From a bacterium (GTDB lineage: Bacteria; Bdellovibrionota_C; UBA2361; CALJRW01): 64,000 bases of DNA. The stretch lies in NCBI GenBank assembly GCA_031385045.1, contig JANNBC010000028.1, positions 1 through 64,000 on the forward strand, read 5' to 3'. Numbering within the stretch: position 1 is the stretch's first letter; every line of letters begins with the position of its first letter. Shown piece after piece: positions 1-8,206 of the stretch. The position numbers and the translations under genes were made by a program. Under the pieces are notes generated by a model that worked only from the letters and a program-made list of their open reading frames with translations, did not search any database and was not told the DNA's origin.

Positions 1-1
1 G

Positions 2-118
2 AGCCTTATAGGATAAGACTCAATGCCTGAGCGACCCCCAAGGGTCGCTTCAAGTGCTTCGCACTTGATATACTAAGCGTCTTTATATTTTTGCTAATTT
101 TCAATGTCACTTAGTATA
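2..118. repeat. Multi-hairpin dispersed repeat (copy 1; probably extends left of the window)
   Basis: 2-52 aligns with 26674-26725, and 55-118 is colinear with 46177-46240. Hairpins: agcgaccc/gggtcgct, tcaagtgc/gcacttga, tatactaag/cttagtata. Confidence 0.7.
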
Positions 119-421
119 CTTGTGTTTGATTAGCCTAAATCTTAGATGCCACTTATTGGAAAACTTGTTCAAGGCTAGTTCCCAGATTTAATTAATGTGC
201 TAAATTTGTCCTATCTGCTAGTTCATTAATGAAACGTAATTTGTTTTTTACCAATAATCAGAAGATGGTTTGTGGCGGATTGCCGTTTTAGGCTAGATTT
301 AGTTTGATAACAATCTTTTTTGTAACACTTCTGGAGAAATATTAATCATACTATAGTGTTTGGTTTGGCTCTGTTACAGAATACGGATGTTTTTCGGGTG
401 CTAAGAGAAAGTTAAATAATT

Positions 422-1891
422 ATGTTTGCAATTGATATTCTACCTTTAATTGATTCTGAACACCATTTGGCGGAAAGATTTTTTCGTGGCCAACCGGCAG
501 TCCTAATTGGTAGTGAACCTGAATGCCAACTACAGCATCCCTTATTACAAAATTTGAATTTCCAAGTATTAATTCAAAAATTAGCTGGAAGTCAATTCGA
601 ATGTCGACAGATTTTCAATGACCCTCAGAATAAATCAGGATTTCAAGATATTTATGATTCTACTGCCAAGCTTAATCTTGGAGCTGTAAAGATTTTAATC
701 ACAAGTATTGACGCAGATTTATTAGTTAAGGAAAACGAAGCTCCTGATCAAGCAGGGTATCGTCTACTAAGACAAGCAGTAACTTCCCAGTTAACAACCT
801 TTCCAGCTTTAGAAATTAATAAGCCTTGGAAAGCGGTTGTCTCTTTTAATCAAGAACAAGTTCTAACAGTGGGCCGTGCTGACTATCATCATTTGGTTAT
901 TGAGCAGTTTGATGTCTCCTCTGATCATGCCAGATTTGGTTTTGCCAATAATAAGTACTGGGTAGAAGATTTGGGTTCTACTAATGGAACTTTTTTAAAT
1001 AATCAGCAGGTATCTGGTAAGATTTTTTTTGAGCCCGGGGAGTCTGTCTTGTTAGGGGCTAGCACAAAAATTACTGGAGTTAAAAAATCAGTTAAGATTG
1101 AGCCAGTGGTAGTTCCTGAGCCAGAGTTAATAAAACCCGAATTGCCAGTGGAAGCAATGGAGCTTAAACCTGCGATCGCTGATCTGCCAACCAATGAGTC
1201 CTTAGATTATTCTCCAACCGAAGAATTATCTCCCGCAAATGTCCAAGAATTATTAGTTGATGTTCGTTATCCAATATTGCTGGCAGTTAATAAAATTGCT
1301 CGTCCCGGAAAATTAATTTTAAAGCTTGGGCAAACCGTTCTAATAGGTCGTGATTCTAATTCCGATCTTTGGTTGGGAGCTCCCTATGTTTCACGAGAGC
1401 ATAATCGGATTACCTTGCAAGCTGATGGATCAATTAAGATTCAAGATCTCAGCTCTAACGGAACTGCCTATTCGGCTGGAATGATTCCTCCAGGGGGAGA
1501 ATTGCTGATTAGTCAGGAGTCTGAGATTTTACATTATGGTTCGGGACTAGCGGTTGCAATTTGTTTTAATCAAGATGATGAAGAAAAATTTATTGCGGCA
1601 GGAGGTCGAGCAGATGCTTTTCTTGATTCCGCGGCTATTGCACCGAGAGAGCAAGTTGCATCATTATTAGCAGCTCCAAAGTCAAACCGCGAAGGACTCC
1701 TTGCTAAAGAGGAAACTTATCGCCCGCTTCGCGCTAATAGTTCTGGTTTACAGGGTGGGGGGATTGTTAGAAAGATTCTTATTAGATTTTTAGGCTTTGA
1801 TTTAAAGCGAAAGATCTTTATTTGTTGTTTAAGCTTGTTAGTAATCGCAATTTTTGTCTTATTAATATCGATAATCTTAACGTTTTTGTAA
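422..1891 (+). CDS. Multi-FHA-domain protein with C-terminal TM anchor
   Basis: Two clear FHA motifs (VGRAD..VSSDHA..EDLGSTNGT; IGRDS..VSREH..QDLSSNGT), a possible degenerate N-terminal FHA (LIGSEPEC), a Pro/Glu linker and a terminal hydrophobic helix. Confidence 0.85.
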   Translation: MFAIDILPLIDSEHHLAERFFRGQPAVLIGSEPECQLQHPLLQNLNFQVLIQKLAGSQFECRQIFNDPQNKSGFQDIYDSTAKLNLGAVKILITSIDADLLVKENEAPDQAGYRLLRQAVTSQLTTFPALEINKPWKAVVSFNQEQVLTVGRADYHHLVIEQFDVSSDHARFGFANNKYWVEDLGSTNGTFLNNQQVSGKIFFEPGESVLLGASTKITGVKKSVKIEPVVVPEPELIKPELPVEAMELKPAIADLPTNESLDYSPTEELSPANVQELLVDVRYPILLAVNKIARPGKLILKLGQTVLIGRDSNSDLWLGAPYVSREHNRITLQADGSIKIQDLSSNGTAYSAGMIPPGGELLISQESEILHYGSGLAVAICFNQDDEEKFIAAGGRADAFLDSAAIAPREQVASLLAAPKSNREGLLAKEETYRPLRANSSGLQGGGIVRKILIRFLGFDLKRKIFICCLSLLVIAIFVLLISIILTFL

Positions 1892-1940
1892 ATTTTGCTA
1901 TTTTTACCAGAACCTTGGGCTTTGGATGCAAAAATTCAGC

Positions 1941-1967
1941 TAAAGTTTCTAGCCAAGAGGTCGATAT
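1941..1967 (+). promoter_or_regulatory. Sigma28 (FliA)-type promoter
   Basis: Intergenic TAAAGTTT-N11-GTCGATAT versus the consensus TAAAGTTT-N11-GCCGATAA. Confidence 0.65.
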
Positions 1968-2131
1968 CTTAAACAGTGAAACGGACAACTTGTTTCTCCT
2001 CATACCCTATAGTAGGCGTTAGTTAGAGGGTTAAGAATAAAATTTTTGTCACGATTTCAAGAAGGATGCCTGTGTAGTTTTAGTGCAAAACTTTTGGATG
2101 ACGTTAGTAGCTTAATTTTAAAATATTAAAT

Positions 2132-3169
2132 ATGTCAGCAGATAGTACGGAATTAACTTTTATTAGATGTTCATCTTGTCGCAGTCTTGTACCAGCAATG
2201 TCTACTCGTTGTAGGATGTGTGGTGCTGATTTACAGGCTAAGAAAGCTGCACCAGTTCCGGAGCCAGTTGCGCCAAGTGAAAAAATTGAAATCAAGAAGC
2301 CAGTAATGCTGGCAACGACTGAGCTAGATCCGCTTAATGAATTCTTAAGCGAAGATGATCAGTTTGACGATGTTGATATTGCAGATGATCAATTAGCGAC
2401 TCTTGATCAGGAAATCCCGGAAGAGCTTCATGCAGAAAGTACATCTGAATATACCGAGGATTTCGAAGATGATTTTGATGAAGAACAAGCAATTAAAGAA
2501 TTAGATAGTTTGTTGGAAGAATTAAATGCTACTTCGGCATCTTCTTATGTGGCACCAGTTGAACCAGTCATTGTGCCTGAAGTAAAACCGATAGAAGCAA
2601 AACCGATGGCAGTGCCTAAGCCTGAGATTAAGGTCGAGCCAGTCGTTGTCGCTCCTAAGGTTGTTATTCCTAAAGTTGTCACTCCGGTGAATGAACAGAA
2701 TTTAATTAACAAATCCCAACCAATAGTTCCTAGTAAGGTGGAGATTAAAGAGGAGAAAGTTATGGAGAAAGAAGTAAGAGCAGTAGAAAACAAGGTAACT
2801 TCAATTAAGTCAGCTTCCCTTAAGCAGACTGAAAAGCAGACCGCCCTTTTTGGTTGGTTTGTGAGTTACCAAGAAGCAGAAGGCGTTTCCAGAGAGATTC
2901 GCGAAGGTAAATTCTTTGTGACAGCAAAGAGTCTTAAGCCTAACGATCTGATTATTGAAGATGAGAGTGTTTCAACACCCCATGCCATGATTACTGTTAG
3001 TCATGAACTAGGTTTCCAAATTCAAGATTTAATGAGTGAGCATGGACTATATATCAAGAAACATGGCACTAAGAAGTATGAAGTGATTGATGATATTGAA
3101 GTTGTTGAAAATGGTGATTGGATTAGATTCGGTAATGTTGAGTTTATGGTTGTGATTATGCCAGTTTGA
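2132..3169 (+). CDS. Zn-ribbon / acidic and Pro-rich linker / C-terminal FHA protein
   Basis: N-terminal CSSC..CRMC, D/E-rich then P/V/K-rich linker, C-terminal FHA-like domain (GWFV..VSTPHA..QDLMSEHG..GDWIRFG). Confidence 0.8.
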   Translation: MSADSTELTFIRCSSCRSLVPAMSTRCRMCGADLQAKKAAPVPEPVAPSEKIEIKKPVMLATTELDPLNEFLSEDDQFDDVDIADDQLATLDQEIPEELHAESTSEYTEDFEDDFDEEQAIKELDSLLEELNATSASSYVAPVEPVIVPEVKPIEAKPMAVPKPEIKVEPVVVAPKVVIPKVVTPVNEQNLINKSQPIVPSKVEIKEEKVMEKEVRAVENKVTSIKSASLKQTEKQTALFGWFVSYQEAEGVSREIREGKFFVTAKSLKPNDLIIEDESVSTPHAMITVSHELGFQIQDLMSEHGLYIKKHGTKKYEVIDDIEVVENGDWIRFGNVEFMVVIMPV

Positions 3170-3319
3170 TACCAGGTCTTAAGCTGGTTAACCACGGATT
3201 TTACAGACTCTATTTTCTTAAAAAACTATAGAGTTTCAAAATCATTTTTCTTGTGTAAGAATAGGGATAGACCATAAGACCTGAGCCCTTAACAAGTTTA
3301 AGGTGGTGTTACAAATCTA

Positions 3320-4162
3320 ATGAAAATAGTTAAACTCACTTTTTTATTATTAATCTTAATCTGCACAAGTAGTTGTCGCGATGTTCAAGTCGCTGAAAAT
3401 ATCAATCAATATCAAGCCCATCAGATTATCAATAAACTAAGTTCTTCGGGGATTGACTCCAAATATTTTGCCAATAGCAATGGTAAGTCTTATTCTGTCT
3501 CAGTTGCTCAGCGAGATTATTTACCAGCTGTTAGTATTATTGCCGTCTCTGGTATTCTTCCCAAAGTTGATTCTGATTTTAAAGAATTAACCGAACCCAA
3601 GGGGTTTTTATCTAGTAATAAATCTTTTGACCTCTTAAGATTAGACCGAGCTATTGCAGTTGAGCTAGAAGATGCTTTGCTTGGTGTCCCAAGTATTACG
3701 AATGCTAAAGTTGTTGTGCGACTCAATAGTTTACCAGCTAATCAAGTCCCCTCTGTTTCGATTGTTGCTGGTACTCGTGATCAGCAAGCGGATCTTGGTT
3801 ATATTACAGATTTAGTTAAGAATTCTATTCCAGGTATTCAGGAGGAGCATATTAAATTGATTTTAGAGCGAGTCCCAGATGCTGGTTCTGATTTTTCAAT
3901 GATTGGTACAATTCAAGAAAAGGGGAAGATGTTGGCAATTCCGCTAGTCCCATTTTTAATTTGGCAAGTTCCTTCGGGGGTTGAGCTAGAATTAGCTTGG
4001 GCTTCAATCGCCATTTTGGTGATTGCTCTGCTTGTTGGATACTTTTTGGCAACAATTTTCCGGAAACCTAAATTAAGGGAGCGGAATTCACTAAGCTTAC
4101 CAGAGTCTAACTCTTTAGCTTTGGGACTTCCAAAAGATTTAAATGAGGAGGATTATCGATGA
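3320..4162 (+). CDS. sctJ: T3SS inner-membrane ring lipoprotein SctJ (YscJ/PrgK-like), divergent
   Basis: Lipoprotein signal ending TSSC, YscJ-like segments (QAHQIINKLSSSGI; RAIAVELEDALLGVPSITNAKVVV), C-terminal TM followed by basic residues. Confidence 0.8.
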   Translation: MKIVKLTFLLLILICTSSCRDVQVAENINQYQAHQIINKLSSSGIDSKYFANSNGKSYSVSVAQRDYLPAVSIIAVSGILPKVDSDFKELTEPKGFLSSNKSFDLLRLDRAIAVELEDALLGVPSITNAKVVVRLNSLPANQVPSVSIVAGTRDQQADLGYITDLVKNSIPGIQEEHIKLILERVPDAGSDFSMIGTIQEKGKMLAIPLVPFLIWQVPSGVELELAWASIAILVIALLVGYFLATIFRKPKLRERNSLSLPESNSLALGLPKDLNEEDYR

Positions 4163-4404
4163 GCCAAGAGAATCAAGGTAATATCTTCAATAAATTAGAG
4201 CCAGAGCAACAAGCACTGGTGGCAATAGCTGTTTTATTAGATGGTTTTGATAGTCCTTTTTTTCTAGGAGATGATTTTTCGCATCAAGATCAATTACGTC
4301 TAGCCGCTGAGGAGATTGTGAAGGATGCTCCCCAGCAACGCTTGCCCTACGTCGCAACCTTACTTCGTCGAGCATTAAATGAGCTGAGGAACCAAGATGA
4401 GTAA
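4159..4404 (+). CDS. Small helical protein at the SctK/FliG position
   Basis: 81 aa, RBS gaggag, ATGA overlap with sctJ, overlaps the next gene; weak likeness to the FliG N-terminus. Confidence 0.55.
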   Translation: MSQENQGNIFNKLEPEQQALVAIAVLLDGFDSPFFLGDDFSHQDQLRLAAEEIVKDAPQQRLPYVATLLRRALNELRNQDE

Positions 4405-5392
4405 TGAATGGCAATTAGCGGAAGAAGTTGAATCACTAGATCCTAAGATTATTAAATATGGTATTGGGTTTCTTAACTCTCGTCCACAAAATTGGATTCC
4501 TAATTTCTCTTCCTTTTGGACTCCGTTATTGGAATTATTAAACTTTGAAGTTGCTGTTTTAGATATACAACCAACCTTTGATTTTCCAATAAGTGGGAAT
4601 AGCTTGTGGTTGGGTGCTTTTGAAAATAATAAAATAGGGGTTAGTTGTGAGCCATTTGTCGCCAAGTATTTAGCAAGTCTTTTTATTACAGATATTGATT
4701 CTCTGACTAGTAAGGTTCTAGAAGATTATTTAGCAAGGCGCTTAATGCAGTCGTTAGTTGCTTCTTGGACAGGCCCATCGCTTAGTCACTTTCAGTATTT
4801 CGGTGCAAGTTCAATGAAAGACTTTGAACCTAGTGCCGGCATTAAAATTACTATGTCTGTTAATGGTCGCCAAGTTACACTCTGGTTATTGATCGAGGAA
4901 CTTTTACTAAAGAAATTAGATAATTTGTGGAGAAGACAGACCACAACATTTAATATTAAGAAATTAGAATCCCGAAGATATCAATTAGTACTCTATAGCC
5001 AACAAATTCAACTGGAGGAGTTAGAAACCTCATTGGTTATTGGTAATAAGATTTATCTAGCTGGGTTAGATCCAAGGTTTGTTACTATGCGTGATATTGT
5101 TAATGACTCGACTTGGAAAATAAAGCTCTATAGTAGTAGTGATCAGCTAGTCATGAAGATCCTTGAGTCTAACGTTCCTTATCAGCTAGACGTAAGAGAC
5201 CTATTAATGCGGGTCACATTTCCAGAAATTACACTTAGTACTGAGCAGTTACAGTTAAATACTAATGAATCCTTTATCTCTACAGGACTTGCTCCGGGTA
5301 CAGAATTATTGATTAAAGTCTCCGATGAGACCGTTGCCCAGGCAAAGCTCGGAAAGGATGCTAATGGTTATTTTGCTCAAATCCTAAATTAA
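4397..5392 (+). CDS. sctQ: SctQ/FliM-like C-ring/sorting-platform protein, divergent
   Basis: FliM-middle-like helix (VLEDYLARRLMQSLVASW) and two degenerate SpoA repeats (QIQLEELETSLVIGNKI; EITLSTEQL..GTELLIKVSDETVAQAKL..GYFAQI); lies directly upstream of sctR. Confidence 0.65.
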   Translation: MSNEWQLAEEVESLDPKIIKYGIGFLNSRPQNWIPNFSSFWTPLLELLNFEVAVLDIQPTFDFPISGNSLWLGAFENNKIGVSCEPFVAKYLASLFITDIDSLTSKVLEDYLARRLMQSLVASWTGPSLSHFQYFGASSMKDFEPSAGIKITMSVNGRQVTLWLLIEELLLKKLDNLWRRQTTTFNIKKLESRRYQLVLYSQQIQLEELETSLVIGNKIYLAGLDPRFVTMRDIVNDSTWKIKLYSSSDQLVMKILESNVPYQLDVRDLLMRVTFPEITLSTEQLQLNTNESFISTGLAPGTELLIKVSDETVAQAKLGKDANGYFAQILN

Positions 5393-5453
5393 TCCATTTC
5401 GCCTATAAAATTCCCCCTAGAAGCCAAGGCTTATCTCCGTTATACTTCAGCCT

Positions 5454-6026
5454 ATGGTAGAATTAGTAATTATAATGTTGGTTTCCAGTGCCTTTGTTAA
5501 ATTGGTCACAACACTCAGTATTTTTCAGTATGGATTAGGTCTTAAGAACTTCTCCTTTAGTGTTGTAGTATTCTTACTTAGCTTAGTCTTGACATTATTT
5601 GTGATGCAGCCAACTTGGGATCAGCTTGGCGGTTGGCAGGGAATTAGTCAGGCCAGTCCAGAAAAGATTGCGAGTTTTCAAACTCAAATTGACCCTTTTG
5701 TTCAAAAGCATAGTGATCCAGAAAGCCTTAGCCGTTTAAAGGATATTTATCAAAAAAGTCATCCAGAAGTTTCTTTAGATATCATTCCATGGTCAGTCAA
5801 AATTACCGCATTTATGACTACGGAGTTAAAAGAGGCCTTTTACATTGGATTACTACTAATTATTCCTTTTGTTTTTTTAGATCTGTTAGTTGTTAACATT
5901 TTGATGGCTTTAAACATTACTCAAATTTCAGCTCTAACAGTTGCTTTACCATTTAAGTTGTTAATCTTTTATCTATTTGACGGTTGGCAACTATTAACCG
6001 AAAAATTATTAAGTTTTTATTATTAA
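5454..6026 (+). CDS. sctR: T3SS export gate protein SctR/FliP, divergent and N-terminally shortened
   Basis: SAFVKL..GLG..LTLFVMQP; AF..ELKEAFYIG..PFVFLDLLV.NILMAL; LPFKLLIF..DGW. Confidence 0.9.
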   Translation: MVELVIIMLVSSAFVKLVTTLSIFQYGLGLKNFSFSVVVFLLSLVLTLFVMQPTWDQLGGWQGISQASPEKIASFQTQIDPFVQKHSDPESLSRLKDIYQKSHPEVSLDIIPWSVKITAFMTTELKEAFYIGLLLIIPFVFLDLLVVNILMALNITQISALTVALPFKLLIFYLFDGWQLLTEKLLSFYY

Positions 6027-6030
6027 TATT

Positions 6031-6279
6031 ATGTCTCCAGACTTATTAATTGAATCAATCCTTTACGCAGTTCGCTTATTTTTATTAGTTACAATTCCGT
6101 TATTGTTAGCTTTGACGCTGGCCGGGACATTTTCGGGAATGTTACAAGCGATTACGGGGATTAGGGAAAGCCTGATTAACTATTTTGTAAAGTTAATTGC
6201 CTTGTTTTCTATCTTATATTTCTTTTTACCTAGTCTGATTCAAAGTCTGCAAGAAATATTTAATAATTACTATTTATGA
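6031..6279 (+). CDS. sctS: T3SS export gate protein SctS/FliQ
   Basis: 82 aa, two hydrophobic helices, IPLL..G..GMLQAITGIRE..FVKLIA. Confidence 0.8.
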   Translation: MSPDLLIESILYAVRLFLLVTIPLLLALTLAGTFSGMLQAITGIRESLINYFVKLIALFSILYFFLPSLIQSLQEIFNNYYL

Positions 6280-6851
6280 TTTCATGTGTGCTTGCTGGTT
6301 TCCTGTTTTATCTCTGGGGACGTTCTGGAGTTTTAACCGGCATTTTATTTCTTCTTGGGCTTTTAATTTATTTCACGCAAGAACTTGGACTTAACTTAGG
6401 TTTTGTTTCCGAAATTCTTTTAGTTTGTTCAGTCTTAGCCTTGCCACTTAGCTTTTATATTGCGGGATCTTTATTAGATAATTTCATAGCAGAGAGGTTT
6501 TCTAAGCAATTACCATTAGCATTAATTTTTTTACTTTTTGGATTATACATAATTATAGAGCAGGGGATATTCTTTGATCAGTTAGAATATTCAGTTAAAT
6601 TGATTAGCAATCCAAGCTCACTAAGCCCTTTGTTTTTATTATTAGAAATACTCACTAAAACAATTATGACAACAACCGGTGTTGTGCTCACAATAATGTT
6701 TGTTGCTTTATGTTTTATCTTGCCGTTTGCCTGGTTTGCAAAAAATTCGCGATTAAATCTGAGTTGGGCAGTTCCTAGTATCACTCTTGTCTTGGTTTTA
6801 TTTTTAATCTCCAGCAGTTATCAATTAATTTTAACAAAGCTATTTGCTTAG
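6276..6851 (+). CDS. sctT: T3SS export gate protein SctT/FliR, shortened
   Basis: Polytopic membrane protein with IAGSLLDN matching the AG..ID motif; sits between sctS and sctU; ATGA overlap. Confidence 0.6.
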   Translation: MISCVLAGFLFYLWGRSGVLTGILFLLGLLIYFTQELGLNLGFVSEILLVCSVLALPLSFYIAGSLLDNFIAERFSKQLPLALIFLLFGLYIIIEQGIFFDQLEYSVKLISNPSSLSPLFLLLEILTKTIMTTTGVVLTIMFVALCFILPFAWFAKNSRLNLSWAVPSITLVLVLFLISSSYQLILTKLFA

Positions 6852-7526
6852 ATGAGTTTTAGTTTTCCAAGTCAAAAAAAATTGGCCATGCTTCGAAAAA
6901 ATGGGGTAGTGCCAGCTGCTCCTTGGATTGGACGCCTATTGGTTCTTTTTGGTTTAGGAGCTTATTTTTATTTCTCAGCTGAAAAATTACTTGCCCAGCT
7001 ATTAGCTTATTACCAAGGCCTTTTTGCTTCTGTAGTTCAACCAGAAACTTACCAAGTCTTATTTTTTACCCTGATTAAGGATTTTATTATAGTCCCAGTA
7101 TTACTTTGTTTGGTACTGATCTTTTTGGGTGTTTTAATTCAGACTAGATTTTACTTTAGTTTTGATAACCTTCGACTAGATTTTACAAGATTTGGACTTA
7201 CTGCTCAGTTGCAGACAATTCAACCTATTAAAAAGATCTTATTTTTCTTAGCACTACCCATATTGCTAGCGATTGGATTTATTTTGTCACTTCGCTGGGC
7301 GGATGTATTTATGGCTAGTGTCTCTTGGGTTGCGACTGAGCGACGAACAGCTTATTTGGAGTTGTTTAAATCAATTGCTAGTCAAATAGCTGTTGTTGCG
7401 TTATTATTAATGATCTTAGCAGTGTTACTTAATTGGTTTTATTTCCGATTGGAGCACAGTCAGAATGATCATGACTCGCTTGATGCTGATTCAGCAAGCC
7501 ATAATTCGATTGATAGTATTAGATAA
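6852..7526 (+). CDS. sctU: SctU/FlhB transmembrane domain only (no cytoplasmic NPTH domain)
   Basis: PSQKKLAMLRKNGVV resembles PTPKKLRDARKKGQV, LIQTRFYFSFDNLRLDF resembles LQ.GFLFS.EAL.PDF; four TMs; ends at 224 aa. Confidence 0.75.
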   Translation: MSFSFPSQKKLAMLRKNGVVPAAPWIGRLLVLFGLGAYFYFSAEKLLAQLLAYYQGLFASVVQPETYQVLFFTLIKDFIIVPVLLCLVLIFLGVLIQTRFYFSFDNLRLDFTRFGLTAQLQTIQPIKKILFFLALPILLAIGFILSLRWADVFMASVSWVATERRTAYLELFKSIASQIAVVALLLMILAVLLNWFYFRLEHSQNDHDSLDADSASHNSIDSIR

Positions 7527-7768
7527 TGCCATATCCTAAAAAAGATTTAATTTCTCAAGCACCCTTATTCCTTCTATTGCCGGAGCGACGTTCTTTAGAT
7601 GGTTTTGAGAAGTATCTTTCGGCCTTTTATTTAAGACTAGAGAAACTGAACCAGTTAGAGCAAGAGGGAAGCGATCTATCTACTGAAAATCAAGCCGAGT
7701 TAGCTATGTTAAGGCAAGTTGTTGATTGGTTGACGCTTCATTCCGAAATTGAAGGAAACAGGAATTAA
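7526..7768 (+). CDS. Small hypothetical protein (possible SctX-like)
   Basis: TAATG coupling with sctU; amphipathic C-terminal helix ELAMLRQVVDWL; precedes the TPR gene. Confidence 0.5.
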   Translation: MPYPKKDLISQAPLFLLLPERRSLDGFEKYLSAFYLRLEKLNQLEQEGSDLSTENQAELAMLRQVVDWLTLHSEIEGNRN

Positions 7769-7774
7769 AAACTC

Positions 7775-8203
7775 ATGAGCTTATTAGATTCAAGATTAAG
7801 TAGTTACTCGGAAGAAGAACTCGACTTATTATATTCTTTAGGGGTTTTTTATCTTGAGGCGGGACATTATCGTTCGTCCGAAATGATTTTCCAAGGACTA
7901 ACTGTTGTGGCCCCCGGCTTTTCTGATTCTTGGCTCGCTGCCGCAGCAACATTTTTTATGTTAGGTAACTTTGATCAAGCTAGGAGATATGCACATCAAG
8001 CAATGCGTTTAACTCCTCATGCCATTCAGGTTCAATTACTATATGTAACAATTTTACTTTCTCAAAATGAACTTTCCGAGGCAGGTACTTTGTTAGGGGA
8101 AATTAAAGAACAGATTGATACCAAATTAATTCAAAATCCCGATCAGATTCGTTATTTTCGTGCCCAGTTAGCCCGCTTTGAATTTGCTCAAAATCGTGGA
8201 TAG
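7775..8203 (+). CDS. TPR chaperone, SycD/LcrH- or SctY-like
   Basis: LDLLYSLGVFYLEAGHY..IFQGLTVVAP..WLA; about three TPR repeats. Confidence 0.75.
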   Translation: MSLLDSRLSSYSEEELDLLYSLGVFYLEAGHYRSSEMIFQGLTVVAPGFSDSWLAAAATFFMLGNFDQARRYAHQAMRLTPHAIQVQLLYVTILLSQNELSEAGTLLGEIKEQIDTKLIQNPDQIRYFRAQLARFEFAQNRG

Positions 8204-8206
8204 GCG

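Noticed and set aside
1822..2022. Short ORFs 1822-2022 (+) and 1818-2003 (-)
   Set aside because: They overlap the FHA gene end and the promoter region and show no protein-like motifs.
3320..7526. Interpretation as an ordinary flagellar fliF/M/P/Q/R-flhB cluster
   Set aside because: The ring protein is a short lipoprotein of SctJ type rather than FliF, a TPR chaperone and FHA proteins are linked, and no rod, hook, motor or flagellin genes are in the window.
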